Shown: positions 9,248 through 16,948 of the stretch, in pieces
Layout of the letters: each line of letters starts with the position of its first letter
Position numbering within the stretch: the stretch's first letter is position 1
Source of the DNA: an uncultured Chitinophagaceae bacterium
GTDB lineage: Bacteria; Bacteroidota; Bacteroidia; Chitinophagales; LD1
Reading direction: 5' to 3'
NCBI GenBank assembly: GCA_964398475.1
Contig: CAYNMP010000012.1
Span: 22,540 to 86,539 of the forward strand
Length of the DNA stretch: 64,000 nt
Notes under the pieces: generated by a model
What the model was told of the DNA's origin: nothing
What the model saw: only the letters and a program-made list of their open reading frames with translations
Databases searched by the model: none
Translations under genes and position numbers: made by a program

Positions 9248-11137
9248 TTATCCTTGTATAATGGACAGCTGAACTTTTGTTCCTATCGCTACATCACTTT
9301 CCATCACATCTATTGTTTCCATTTTCATTTTCTCGAAACCGGCTGTTGTATTGATAATCTTAATGCGATCGTCAATGGATTTAGTGGCAAACGATTGATG
9401 TTGTTTTCGGTCTTTATTGAGTTCTGCGGATGCTTTACGTCCAATGCCATTATCTTCAATTGTGATTTGCATTATAGTTTGCTCGTCATTATCTTCCATA
9501 GTGAATTCAATGTTCAATTTCTGTTTGCCTTGCTTAGTGCGTAAACCATGTTTCAAAGCATTCTCAACAATAGGTTGCAAAATCAACGAAGGAATGCGTT
9601 CGTAAGTAACATCGATGGAATCATCTACCGTTATTGTGAATGAAAAGTTATCGCCTAAAATCAACTTTTCAAGGTGAAAATAGTTACTCAAAAAATCAAT
9701 TTCATCTTCTATAACAATTTCATCGCCCTGACTTTGTTCTAATGTGCTGCGCATCAATCGCGAAAATTTACGCAACGAATCTTGTGCTTCGTCTACTCTC
9801 CCACTCTGCATCAAATTACTTACCGAACCAATGGCATTAAACATAAAATGCGGATTCATCTGGCTTTTGAGCAATCGCAGTTCGCTGTTGAGGTTGTCGA
9901 TTTGCAATTGCTTGAGTTGCGCTTCTTTTTGTTTTGTTTCGAACCGGGTATGGAGTTGGGCATACTCTTTAGATTTTTCAGTTGCATAGATATTTTTTGT
10001 CAATGCTTGATGCTCTATGAGTGCTTTATAAGCATTTGTGTCATCACCACATTGATGGTAAGCGCTATGCAGCAATGCGGTAATGTTTTGCAACAAAACT
10101 TTATCGTCTCGCTCCAAAAACAACTGTTTGTTTTTTTCAAGAATAGTCACTGCCTCTTGCGGATTATTCTGCCTCTGGGCAATATCCGCTAAGTAAAAAT
10201 AAATCTCAGCTTCACTCTTCACCACACTTTTATTGTTTATCAGCGATAAAAGCTCAATCGCCAATATTTTCGCCTCTTCCAAGCGGTTATCATTGATTAA
10301 TACCGGAATTTTTTTACTCGATATATAAAAATCGGAAAGTACATCGTTCAACAATTTAGCTTGTTCAGAGGCAGCTGTATAGGCCTTCTCAGCAGCTGCA
10401 AAATCATTAAGTTGCTCATACATACTTGCCTTAAGACGATAAGCACCTAACAGATTCATGTGTCCGTTTTGTGACTTCTCTAAATCAATAAAGCGATTTA
10501 TATATCCTATACTTGATTCAAAATCTTGCATTTTCCCGGTAATCAATGCTAACGATTGTAAGAAACACGATTGTCTACCAATGTCTTTTATCGCAGTAGA
10601 TTTTTCAAGACCTTCGATTGCCAACAGCAAAACATCGGCATAGTCTGTTCCTGTGCGATATAAAATACTAGTGCGTTGATAAAGAATATCTAAGTTTAAA
10701 TCGTTATAACGCATATCTTCTTCATTGATTTGCGTATCAAGTATTTCTTTGGCGATGTGCAATGAATGTATCGCTTCATCCAATTCAGATCTTCCTAATT
10801 GATACATAGATTTTAAATACCACGCATGAACAAGATCGGCAAACAAACTTGAAGCTAGCGTTAGGGCAATAAGTTCGTCAACACAACTCTCTTCATCCGG
10901 AGTAATTTTCATGGATTGAATTCGTACTTCCGCTAAAACACGTAATGCATTGCACAATGCATCAATAGCGTTAAGTTGCTTACTCAATGCAACCCATTCG
11001 CATGCAATTTCTTCAGCTTCAGGATCGTTGACCTCATATGCAGTTGCTGCTAAAGTCTTTAACAGCAACAAACGCTCAGCAGGTTGTGTTACTTGTAATA
11101 GTCTATTTTTTAAAACATTTATCTCACTTGTAGTCAT
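9248..11137 (-). CDS. cytoplasmic TPR-repeat sensor histidine kinase of the LytS/YehU type (His_kinase PF06580-like + HATPase_c)
   Basis: NPHFMFNAIGSV H-box, IVENALKHG N-box, IEDNGIG G-box. The N-terminal half is helical and TPR-like, and no TM segment was seen. The stop lies 1 bp from the convergent response-regulator stop. Confidence 0.8.
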   Translation of the reverse strand: MTTSEINVLKNRLLQVTQPAERLLLLKTLAATAYEVNDPEAEEIACEWVALSKQLNAIDALCNALRVLAEVRIQSMKITPDEESCVDELIALTLASSLFADLVHAWYLKSMYQLGRSELDEAIHSLHIAKEILDTQINEEDMRYNDLNLDILYQRTSILYRTGTDYADVLLLAIEGLEKSTAIKDIGRQSCFLQSLALITGKMQDFESSIGYINRFIDLEKSQNGHMNLLGAYRLKASMYEQLNDFAAAEKAYTAASEQAKLLNDVLSDFYISSKKIPVLINDNRLEEAKILAIELLSLINNKSVVKSEAEIYFYLADIAQRQNNPQEAVTILEKNKQLFLERDDKVLLQNITALLHSAYHQCGDDTNAYKALIEHQALTKNIYATEKSKEYAQLHTRFETKQKEAQLKQLQIDNLNSELRLLKSQMNPHFMFNAIGSVSNLMQSGRVDEAQDSLRKFSRLMRSTLEQSQGDEIVIEDEIDFLSNYFHLEKLILGDNFSFTITVDDSIDVTYERIPSLILQPIVENALKHGLRTKQGKQKLNIEFTMEDNDEQTIMQITIEDNGIGRKASAELNKDRKQHQSFATKSIDDRIKIINTTAGFEKMKMETIDVMESDVAIGTKVQLSIIQG

Positions 11138-11144
11138 GTTGAAA

Positions 11145-12971
11145 TTAACTTAAGATGTTTATCAAAACACTTGTGCCTGTTGCTCCACCTTCAGCATCCG
11201 TTTTATCAATAAAAGACAGTGTAATTTTCTCGAACTCGGCAGTAGTATTAATGATCTTTATACGCTCATCAATCGACTTTGTAGCAAACGATTGATGTTG
11301 CTTTCGGTCTTTATTGAGTTCTGCGGATGCTTTACGACCAATGCCATTGTCATCGATCAAAATTTGCATTGTAGTTTGCTCGCTATCCTCTTCTAAAGTG
11401 AAAGAAATATTCAATTTGCGTTCCCCTTGCTTTGTTCGTAAACCATGTTTCAAAGCATTCTCAACAATTGGCTGCAAAATCAACGAAGGAATGCGTTCGT
11501 AAGCAACATCGATGGATTCATCTACCATTATTGTGAATGAAAAGTTATCACCTAAAATCAACTTTTCGAGATGTAAATAGTTACTCAAAAAATCAATTTC
11601 ATCTTCTAAGAGTATATCATCGCCTTGGCTTTGTTCCAATGTACTGCGCATCAATCGCGAAAATTTACGCAACGAATCTTGCGCCTCGTCTACTCTCCCA
11701 CTTTGCATCAAATTACTTACCGAACCAATGGCATTAAACATAAAATGCGGATTCATCTGACTTTTGAGCAAACGTAACTCGCTGTTCAAGTTATCGATTT
11801 GTAATTGCTTTACTTGCGCCTCCTTTCGTTCGCTATCGTATTTGGTTTGTAACTCCGACATCGTTTTTGTTCGCTCCTCACCCGTAATTTCTAATCGGAT
11901 ATTATAGAACTTTTCAAAATAAGTATATGCCTTTTCGAAATCTCCGATACACTTATACTGTTCGTGTAATTTCTGATAAACATGCATACGTTCATTTCTA
12001 TCGGCAATGTATAATTCATCGGCTGCTAAAGATTCTAAAAGCGCTAAAGCACCTTGATGATCTTTGGTTTGGGCACAATAATCAGCTTTCAAAAACACAA
12101 ACACATTGTTAGAGCGAGTTGCATTAGCCTCAACGATACTGGGTTCAATATCAGCAATGGATTGGGCAGCCTTAACGGTTTCGCCAAGTTCTAAGTACAT
12201 TCTAATTTTACGGAGCACAACATTAATCACCGCATGAATGTTATGCATCAGACGGGCATAATGTTCCGATTGATTAAATTTCTCTTCTGCCTTTTCGAAA
12301 TTCTTTAACGTATAGTATACATAAGCAACGTAGCCCGAAGCACCTGCAATATTTCCAAAATCGTTTTGCTTAATTGCCAACAATATTAATTCTTCCATAT
12401 AAGCTACCGATTGCTCTTGATTACCTAAAACGGAATTCAGCATAGCTATAGACTGGAGAAAAAGGCAGTGTAATTGATAATCGTTTATTGCTTGTGCTTT
12501 AATTAAACTCTCATGTGCTATGGCAAGTGCTTGCTCGAGTTCCCTTTGTTTTCGGATACTTAATTGAATAAAATTGTAATTGTAGGTAAGTCGTTCTGTG
12601 GTTAGGTCCATTGTTGTATCTTCATACTCGTTGAGTACTGCCGATGCCTTATCACAAAAGAACTCAGACGTATTGAGATCAACAGACAAATAATGTGTTA
12701 TCTTAAAATTATAAGCGACTAAGAGTTCTTTAATCAATAAATTCGCATTCGTAAATTCAATCAATTCATCAAGATAAGTAAGACCTATAGGACTATAATT
12801 CCCAAATTGTTCATTGGCTCTCACCATGAGCGTTAGTGCCTGTGCATATAGGTTTTTATCATTCATTTCGGCAGTTATCTTCAATAACTCTTCTGCCAAT
12901 GCAACAGCCTTGGGTCGATTGTCGTTTAAACAAGCTTCAATCTCTTTCTTTAACGCCACTATATCTGCCAT
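11145..12971 (-). CDS. paralogous TPR-repeat LytS-type histidine kinase (tandem duplicate)
   Basis: The C-terminal roughly 230 aa are almost identical to the kinase at 9248-11137 (KQLQIDNLNSELRLLKSQMNPHFMFNAIGSVSNLMQSGRVDEAQDSLRKF...). The N-terminal TPR region is divergent. A 7-bp gap separates it from the downstream kinase, so they probably form an operon. Confidence 0.8.
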   Translation of the reverse strand: MADIVALKKEIEACLNDNRPKAVALAEELLKITAEMNDKNLYAQALTLMVRANEQFGNYSPIGLTYLDELIEFTNANLLIKELLVAYNFKITHYLSVDLNTSEFFCDKASAVLNEYEDTTMDLTTERLTYNYNFIQLSIRKQRELEQALAIAHESLIKAQAINDYQLHCLFLQSIAMLNSVLGNQEQSVAYMEELILLAIKQNDFGNIAGASGYVAYVYYTLKNFEKAEEKFNQSEHYARLMHNIHAVINVVLRKIRMYLELGETVKAAQSIADIEPSIVEANATRSNNVFVFLKADYCAQTKDHQGALALLESLAADELYIADRNERMHVYQKLHEQYKCIGDFEKAYTYFEKFYNIRLEITGEERTKTMSELQTKYDSERKEAQVKQLQIDNLNSELRLLKSQMNPHFMFNAIGSVSNLMQSGRVDEAQDSLRKFSRLMRSTLEQSQGDDILLEDEIDFLSNYLHLEKLILGDNFSFTIMVDESIDVAYERIPSLILQPIVENALKHGLRTKQGERKLNISFTLEEDSEQTTMQILIDDNGIGRKASAELNKDRKQHQSFATKSIDERIKIINTTAEFEKITLSFIDKTDAEGGATGTSVLINILS

Positions 12972-13085
12972 CGTGTAATTGTATATTTTTAAACTCTGCT
13001 ACATCACCAATTTAAACGCTACGCTTTTCTGCTTTGGTAATATACGATTGTCGGCAAAAATATTGAATCTACATTTACTTAACTT

Positions 13086-13156
13086 ACCATTCACAAGTTG
13101 AAAACAACCATTCACAAGTTTTTAGCCTAAATATAAAGGCTAATCCATCAACTTTG
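13086..13156 (+). promoter_or_regulatory. candidate LytTR operator + promoter (site A): ACCATTCACAAGTT at 13086-13100 and CCATTCACAAGTT at 13108-13120, then CAACTTTG box at 13149-13156
   Basis: Two direct repeats 20 bp apart start to start. A Bacteroidetes-style -7-like box lies 29 bp downstream. The site is in the divergent intergenic region between the kinase operon and the LytTR-only gene. Confidence 0.5.
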
Positions 13157-13162
13157 GGCGCA

Positions 13163-13495
13163 ATGGCGGGAAACAAAATTCAATTGAAAACAGGAAATGA
13201 ACTCATCTTTATAGCGCAAGATGAAATAGTAGCCGTTATGGCGGAGAACATTTATTGTGTATTTCTGCTGAAAGACAATAAAAAGGTAAAAACAGCACTA
13301 TCGTTAAGTGCTGCCATGCAGTTACTCGATGCAAAATATTTTTACAAAATACATCGATCGTATATCATCAACATCAACGCCATTGAAAGAATTGATTTAG
13401 CAACAGCTACAGTTCAACTTCAATATAGTACTGCAACTTTCCCCATTGCCCGTCAGCAGAAAAAGGCATTTCTAGCCTACCTCAAAACCAATTGA
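13163..13495 (+). CDS. standalone LytTR DNA-binding domain protein (no receiver domain)
   Basis: YKIHRSYIININAIERID is a LytTR signature and the protein is only about 110 aa. ATG at 13163 is preferred. The ORF track begins at TTG 13154. Confidence 0.65.
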   Translation: MAGNKIQLKTGNELIFIAQDEIVAVMAENIYCVFLLKDNKKVKTALSLSAAMQLLDAKYFYKIHRSYIININAIERIDLATATVQLQYSTATFPIARQQKKAFLAYLKTN

Positions 13496-13507
13496 ATCAA
13501 TAATCGG

Positions 13508-13577
13508 TCATTCACAAGTTGAAGTTCACCATTCACAAGTTAGAGGAATAAAGCGCGTACATAGTGCAACATATTTG
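13508..13577 (+). promoter_or_regulatory. candidate LytTR operator + promoter (site B): GTCATTCACAAGTT 13508-13520, CCATTCACAAGTT 13529-13541, CATATTTG box 13570-13577
   Basis: Same architecture as site A: 21-bp repeat register, 29 bp to the box, and the box 20 bp from ATG 13597. Confidence 0.5.
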
Positions 13578-13596
13578 CTGCACAAAAATAAACAAC

Positions 13597-14883
13597 ATGA
13601 AAAAAATTTACACTGCTTTAGTTGCATTAGGTTTAGCCATTGGCGCAGATGCTCAGATTCCAACGAATGGATTAATTCACCATTTTAATTTTGATGGCAA
13701 CTTAAGTAATGAAGTAAGTGGCGCAACGCCATTAGTGAGCGATTCGCTTGACTATTGCTTCGACACAAGAGTAAATAACTTACCACCGGCTTATACGAAA
13801 GATCGAAAAGGTAGAGACAATAAAGCGTATCTCTTGCTTTCCATAGAAAAATCGATTTTGGCCACCTGTGGAGGCTCTCCAAAGCAAACAACTACTTTTA
13901 TCAGTAACTCACTAAAAACAAGAGATTCCATTGCGCTGGGAAGCGGAGATAGAGCCATTGCGTTTTGGGCTAAAATGCCGAAAGTTGCAAGTTCGCAGAT
14001 TTTCCGTTTTCACCGAATCAATACAGGACTTGCACCTAAAAGTGCATTTGGGTTAGACATCAAAAACGACAATCCAAGTAACATTACTGCCTATACTTGG
14101 GGAGGAGGTTCAAATGATTATGTATTCAATACACCATTAGATACAAACTGGCACTTCTTTTTAATTACTGTTGAAAATTCAATTCTGTATTTGAACATCG
14201 ATAAAACACTGATTGGCTCAACATCTGTATCGGGATTAAACACAAGTACCGGGCAGTTATTTCTAGGTCAATTCTTTAAACAAGACTCCATTTATATCGA
14301 CAATGTAATGATTTATAACCGTGCTTTAACCACAAATGAAGTAGAGGTGGTATATGCAGATTCGTCAATTGCTTGCGTAAATCCAGATGTAAGCGCTACT
14401 GCACAAAACACAAGTGTAAGCATATCGATTTCAAATGCAGCAAGACCAACTGTTGTAAGCATTAAAGATGGCGATGGAGGAATCCTTCAATCGGACACGA
14501 TTACTTCAGGAAGCGGAACAGGTAACGTTTCTTTCACAAATCTTGCACCCAATACGTTTTACTATTACACGGTAACGAATGCGGATGGATGTTCTTCAAC
14601 TTCATCTTTCACGACAACAAACAATCCAACCGGAGTGAATACACTTTCTTCGAATACACGAGTAACGTTATATCCAAACCCTGCAAATAATGTATTACAT
14701 ATATCGAGTGAAATTACGTTTGAGAAAATTCAAATCACAAACGTAATCGGCAGCATTATCAAAGAGGAGACACTATCAGGCACAAGCATTAACATTAATG
14801 AATTACAGGCAGGTGTTTTTTACTTTGCTAAATTAATCGACAGTAAAGGCGCTATCGCCACAAAGAAATTTATTAAGCAATAA
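13597..14883 (+). CDS. T9SS-secreted protein: LamG/ConA-like lectin domain + Ig-like domain + type-A C-terminal sorting domain
   Basis: Signal peptide MKKIYTALVALGLAIGADAQ. LamG-like stretch (LFLGQFFKQDSIYIDNVMIYNRALTTNEV). Sorting domain VTLYPNPANNVLHISSEI...KKFIKQ. The start is set at the internal ATG. Confidence 0.8.
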   Translation: MKKIYTALVALGLAIGADAQIPTNGLIHHFNFDGNLSNEVSGATPLVSDSLDYCFDTRVNNLPPAYTKDRKGRDNKAYLLLSIEKSILATCGGSPKQTTTFISNSLKTRDSIALGSGDRAIAFWAKMPKVASSQIFRFHRINTGLAPKSAFGLDIKNDNPSNITAYTWGGGSNDYVFNTPLDTNWHFFLITVENSILYLNIDKTLIGSTSVSGLNTSTGQLFLGQFFKQDSIYIDNVMIYNRALTTNEVEVVYADSSIACVNPDVSATAQNTSVSISISNAARPTVVSIKDGDGGILQSDTITSGSGTGNVSFTNLAPNTFYYYTVTNADGCSSTSSFTTTNNPTGVNTLSSNTRVTLYPNPANNVLHISSEITFEKIQITNVIGSIIKEETLSGTSININELQAGVFYFAKLIDSKGAIATKKFIKQ

Positions 14884-14906
14884 TTTTCATGGGTCTGTTT
14901 TGTGTG

Positions 14907-14940
14907 ATCCCGGTGTTGTAATGACATCGGGATTTTTTTT
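14907..14940 (+). terminator. rho-independent terminator (conserved family hairpin)
   Basis: ATCCCGGTG-loop-CATCGGGAT followed by T8. Confidence 0.6.
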
Positions 14941-14953
14941 GCAGAATAAACTA

Positions 14954-15023
14954 CCATTCACAAGTTCAACATTACCATTCACAAGATGCCATAGTAAAGC
15001 CGAGTCGTTCCAATTCATATTTG
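14954..15023 (+). promoter_or_regulatory. candidate LytTR operator + promoter (site C): CCATTCACAAGTT 14954-14966, CCATTCACAAGAT 14975-14987, conserved ATAGTAAAGCCG, CATATTTG box 15016-15023
   Basis: 21-bp repeat register. The box is 29 bp downstream and lies 22 bp before ATG 15045. Confidence 0.55.
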
Positions 15024-15044
15024 CATCAACAAAATATTTACAAC

Positions 15045-16781
15045 ATGAAAAAAATTTACTCAGCCTTAGTAGCATTAGGTTTAGCGTTAGGCGCAAATGC
15101 ACAAACACCGATTTACACGCTTGATTCCACTTTTAATGCCGATGGCATTGCAGGATTTGGTATTGCAGGAAATGCTGAAGCTTCCGGGAACGCTATTCTG
15201 CGGTTATCATTTCAAACACCGTTTGGAATATGGGTGGCAGGGCGAATTAAAACCGCAGGAAATGCCAGTACAAGTTTCTACATAGCTAGATTATTAGATA
15301 ACGGAAATCTTGATACCGGTTTTGGTAGTAATGGAAATTATGGTTATACCGTAAACGCAAACATTAACAGCAACGTTATTGACTTACATAATATTTATGG
15401 AAGTGTGTACGCATCACACAGTGGGTATGGTGGTTTACATGCACCAAGTGCCACGTCTGCAGTAGTGAATAATCAAACCTATAACTTATCCGATAATTAT
15501 ATCATTGCTTCCGACAAATTAAATGACAGTTTAATCGTTCAACTATCTTCCAATAATGAATTACTTTGTTACAAGGTAAATAGTGGTAGTACGTATGCGG
15601 GATACGCTTGGTTTGATGGAGGAAACTACTACGGAAACATGCCAACAACTGTGGATGGGTTATCGCCTGTTGTAAACCAAAAAATGGCCGTTCAAAGTGA
15701 TGGAAAAATATTGGTAGCAGGACTTGCAGGCTCAGGCGGCAGTCATTTATTTATACAACGGTTCAAAAAAAACAGCTTTAGTGTTTTGGATAGCACCTTT
15801 GGTGTAAATGGAGTAGTGAAATACATAACAGGAAATCAAGTTCCGATTAGAGATGTAAGCTGTATGCAAGTTTACCCGAATGGAGATAATAGAATAGTAC
15901 TTGGTTATGGAAATTTTATCTATCGTTTTTCAGCTAATGGCACTAAAGATAATACGTTTAACACCCAACTGACTGACAATGATGAAGTATTTACCCGAAT
16001 AGCATTTTCGCCTTATAATGATGTTGTTGCTATAGCAAAAACAAGTACAGCATCTGCTTTGTATGGATTCAAAAATGATGGTAGTCCGCTAAATTCATTT
16101 CACAAAGGCAAAAACACATACTTAAAAACAGATGCTGATGTCAATTTGAATACAATGGATTTATTGGATGTGAAAATAGATGCCGGAGCAAATATTTATG
16201 TTTCAGGTAGCATGAAAGAAACAAGTACAAGTGATCCAAAAGTTTTGATCATGAAGTTGAAAGCAAGCTTATGTACAGCACCAAGTGTAGCAATTGATGA
16301 AAAAGCTGGTGCAGCTGATTTTGTGATCTTTAATGCAGTAAGACCCACTGTAGTTGTAATTAGAGATGGCGATGGTATTAATGTTGTGAATGACACCATC
16401 AAAACAGGTACAGGTAATGCAAGTGTTTCCTATTCCAACTTAGGACTTAATACAACGTATAGCTATATTGTCGCTAATCCTGATGGTTGTAGTTCAACTG
16501 GAGTATTTACAACGTTAGCATCAAACCCAACAAGTATAAACGATTTGAATAATGATAAACATGTTGTTCTATATCCTAATCCTTCAAAGAGCACATTAAA
16601 TATTTCAAGTGAAATTACATTTGATGCAATAGAAATTTCAAATGTGTTGGGTGCAGTAGTAAAAGCTGAAGTGCTTAACAATAACAGTATCAATATTACT
16701 GAATTACAGCCAGGCGTTTACTTCGCAAAATTAATCAACAGTAAAGGCGCTATCGCTACAAAGAAATTCATCAAAGAATAA
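15045..16781 (+). CDS. T9SS-secreted protein with delta-60-type beta-propeller repeats, Ig-like domain and type-A C-terminal sorting domain
   Basis: Signal peptide MKKIYSALVALGLALGANAQ is nearly identical to that of the 13597 gene. ARLLDNGNLDTGFGSNGNY is a delta-60 repeat signature. Sorting domain VVLYPNPSKSTLNISSEI...KKFIKE. Confidence 0.8.
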   Translation: MKKIYSALVALGLALGANAQTPIYTLDSTFNADGIAGFGIAGNAEASGNAILRLSFQTPFGIWVAGRIKTAGNASTSFYIARLLDNGNLDTGFGSNGNYGYTVNANINSNVIDLHNIYGSVYASHSGYGGLHAPSATSAVVNNQTYNLSDNYIIASDKLNDSLIVQLSSNNELLCYKVNSGSTYAGYAWFDGGNYYGNMPTTVDGLSPVVNQKMAVQSDGKILVAGLAGSGGSHLFIQRFKKNSFSVLDSTFGVNGVVKYITGNQVPIRDVSCMQVYPNGDNRIVLGYGNFIYRFSANGTKDNTFNTQLTDNDEVFTRIAFSPYNDVVAIAKTSTASALYGFKNDGSPLNSFHKGKNTYLKTDADVNLNTMDLLDVKIDAGANIYVSGSMKETSTSDPKVLIMKLKASLCTAPSVAIDEKAGAADFVIFNAVRPTVVVIRDGDGINVVNDTIKTGTGNASVSYSNLGLNTTYSYIVANPDGCSSTGVFTTLASNPTSINDLNNDKHVVLYPNPSKSTLNISSEITFDAIEISNVLGAVVKAEVLNNNSINITELQPGVYFAKLINSKGAIATKKFIKE

Positions 16782-16804
16782 TTTTCATCAGTAGGTTTTG
16801 TGTA

Positions 16805-16838
16805 ATCCCGGAGTTTTAATGACATCGGGATTTTTTTT
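16805..16838 (+). terminator. rho-independent terminator (conserved family hairpin)
   Basis: ATCCCGG...TCGGGAT followed by T8. Confidence 0.55.
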
Positions 16839-16850
16839 GCAAAAAAACTA

Positions 16851-16920
16851 CCATTCACAAGTTCAATATTACCATTCACAAGATGTTATAGTAAAGCCGG
16901 CAGGTTCGGATGCACTTTTG
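16851..16920 (+). promoter_or_regulatory. candidate LytTR operator + promoter (site D): CCATTCACAAGTT 16851-16863, CCATTCACAAGAT 16872-16884, ATAGTAAAGCCG, CACTTTTG box 16913-16920
   Basis: Identical architecture to sites C and E. The leader to ATG 16949 is longer than at the other sites (28 nt from the box). Confidence 0.55.
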
Positions 16921-16948
16921 CATCATTATAAAACACAAAATTATATTT

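Noticed and set aside
16903-16913. tRNA T-loop-like GGTTCGGAT (also GGTTCGGTT at 20522-20530)
   Set aside because: No acceptor stem, D-arm or anticodon arm around it. It is part of the conserved promoter or leader of the paralogous cargo genes.
16906-16925. Sigma-54-like GG-N10-GC spacing (cGGatgcactttTGCAtc, also at 20523-20543) in the conserved leaders
   Set aside because: Only the -12 TTGCA fits. The -24 TGGCAC element is poorly matched. LytTR regulators are not sigma-54 enhancer-binding proteins, and a CAnnTTTG sigma-A-type box explains the conservation better.
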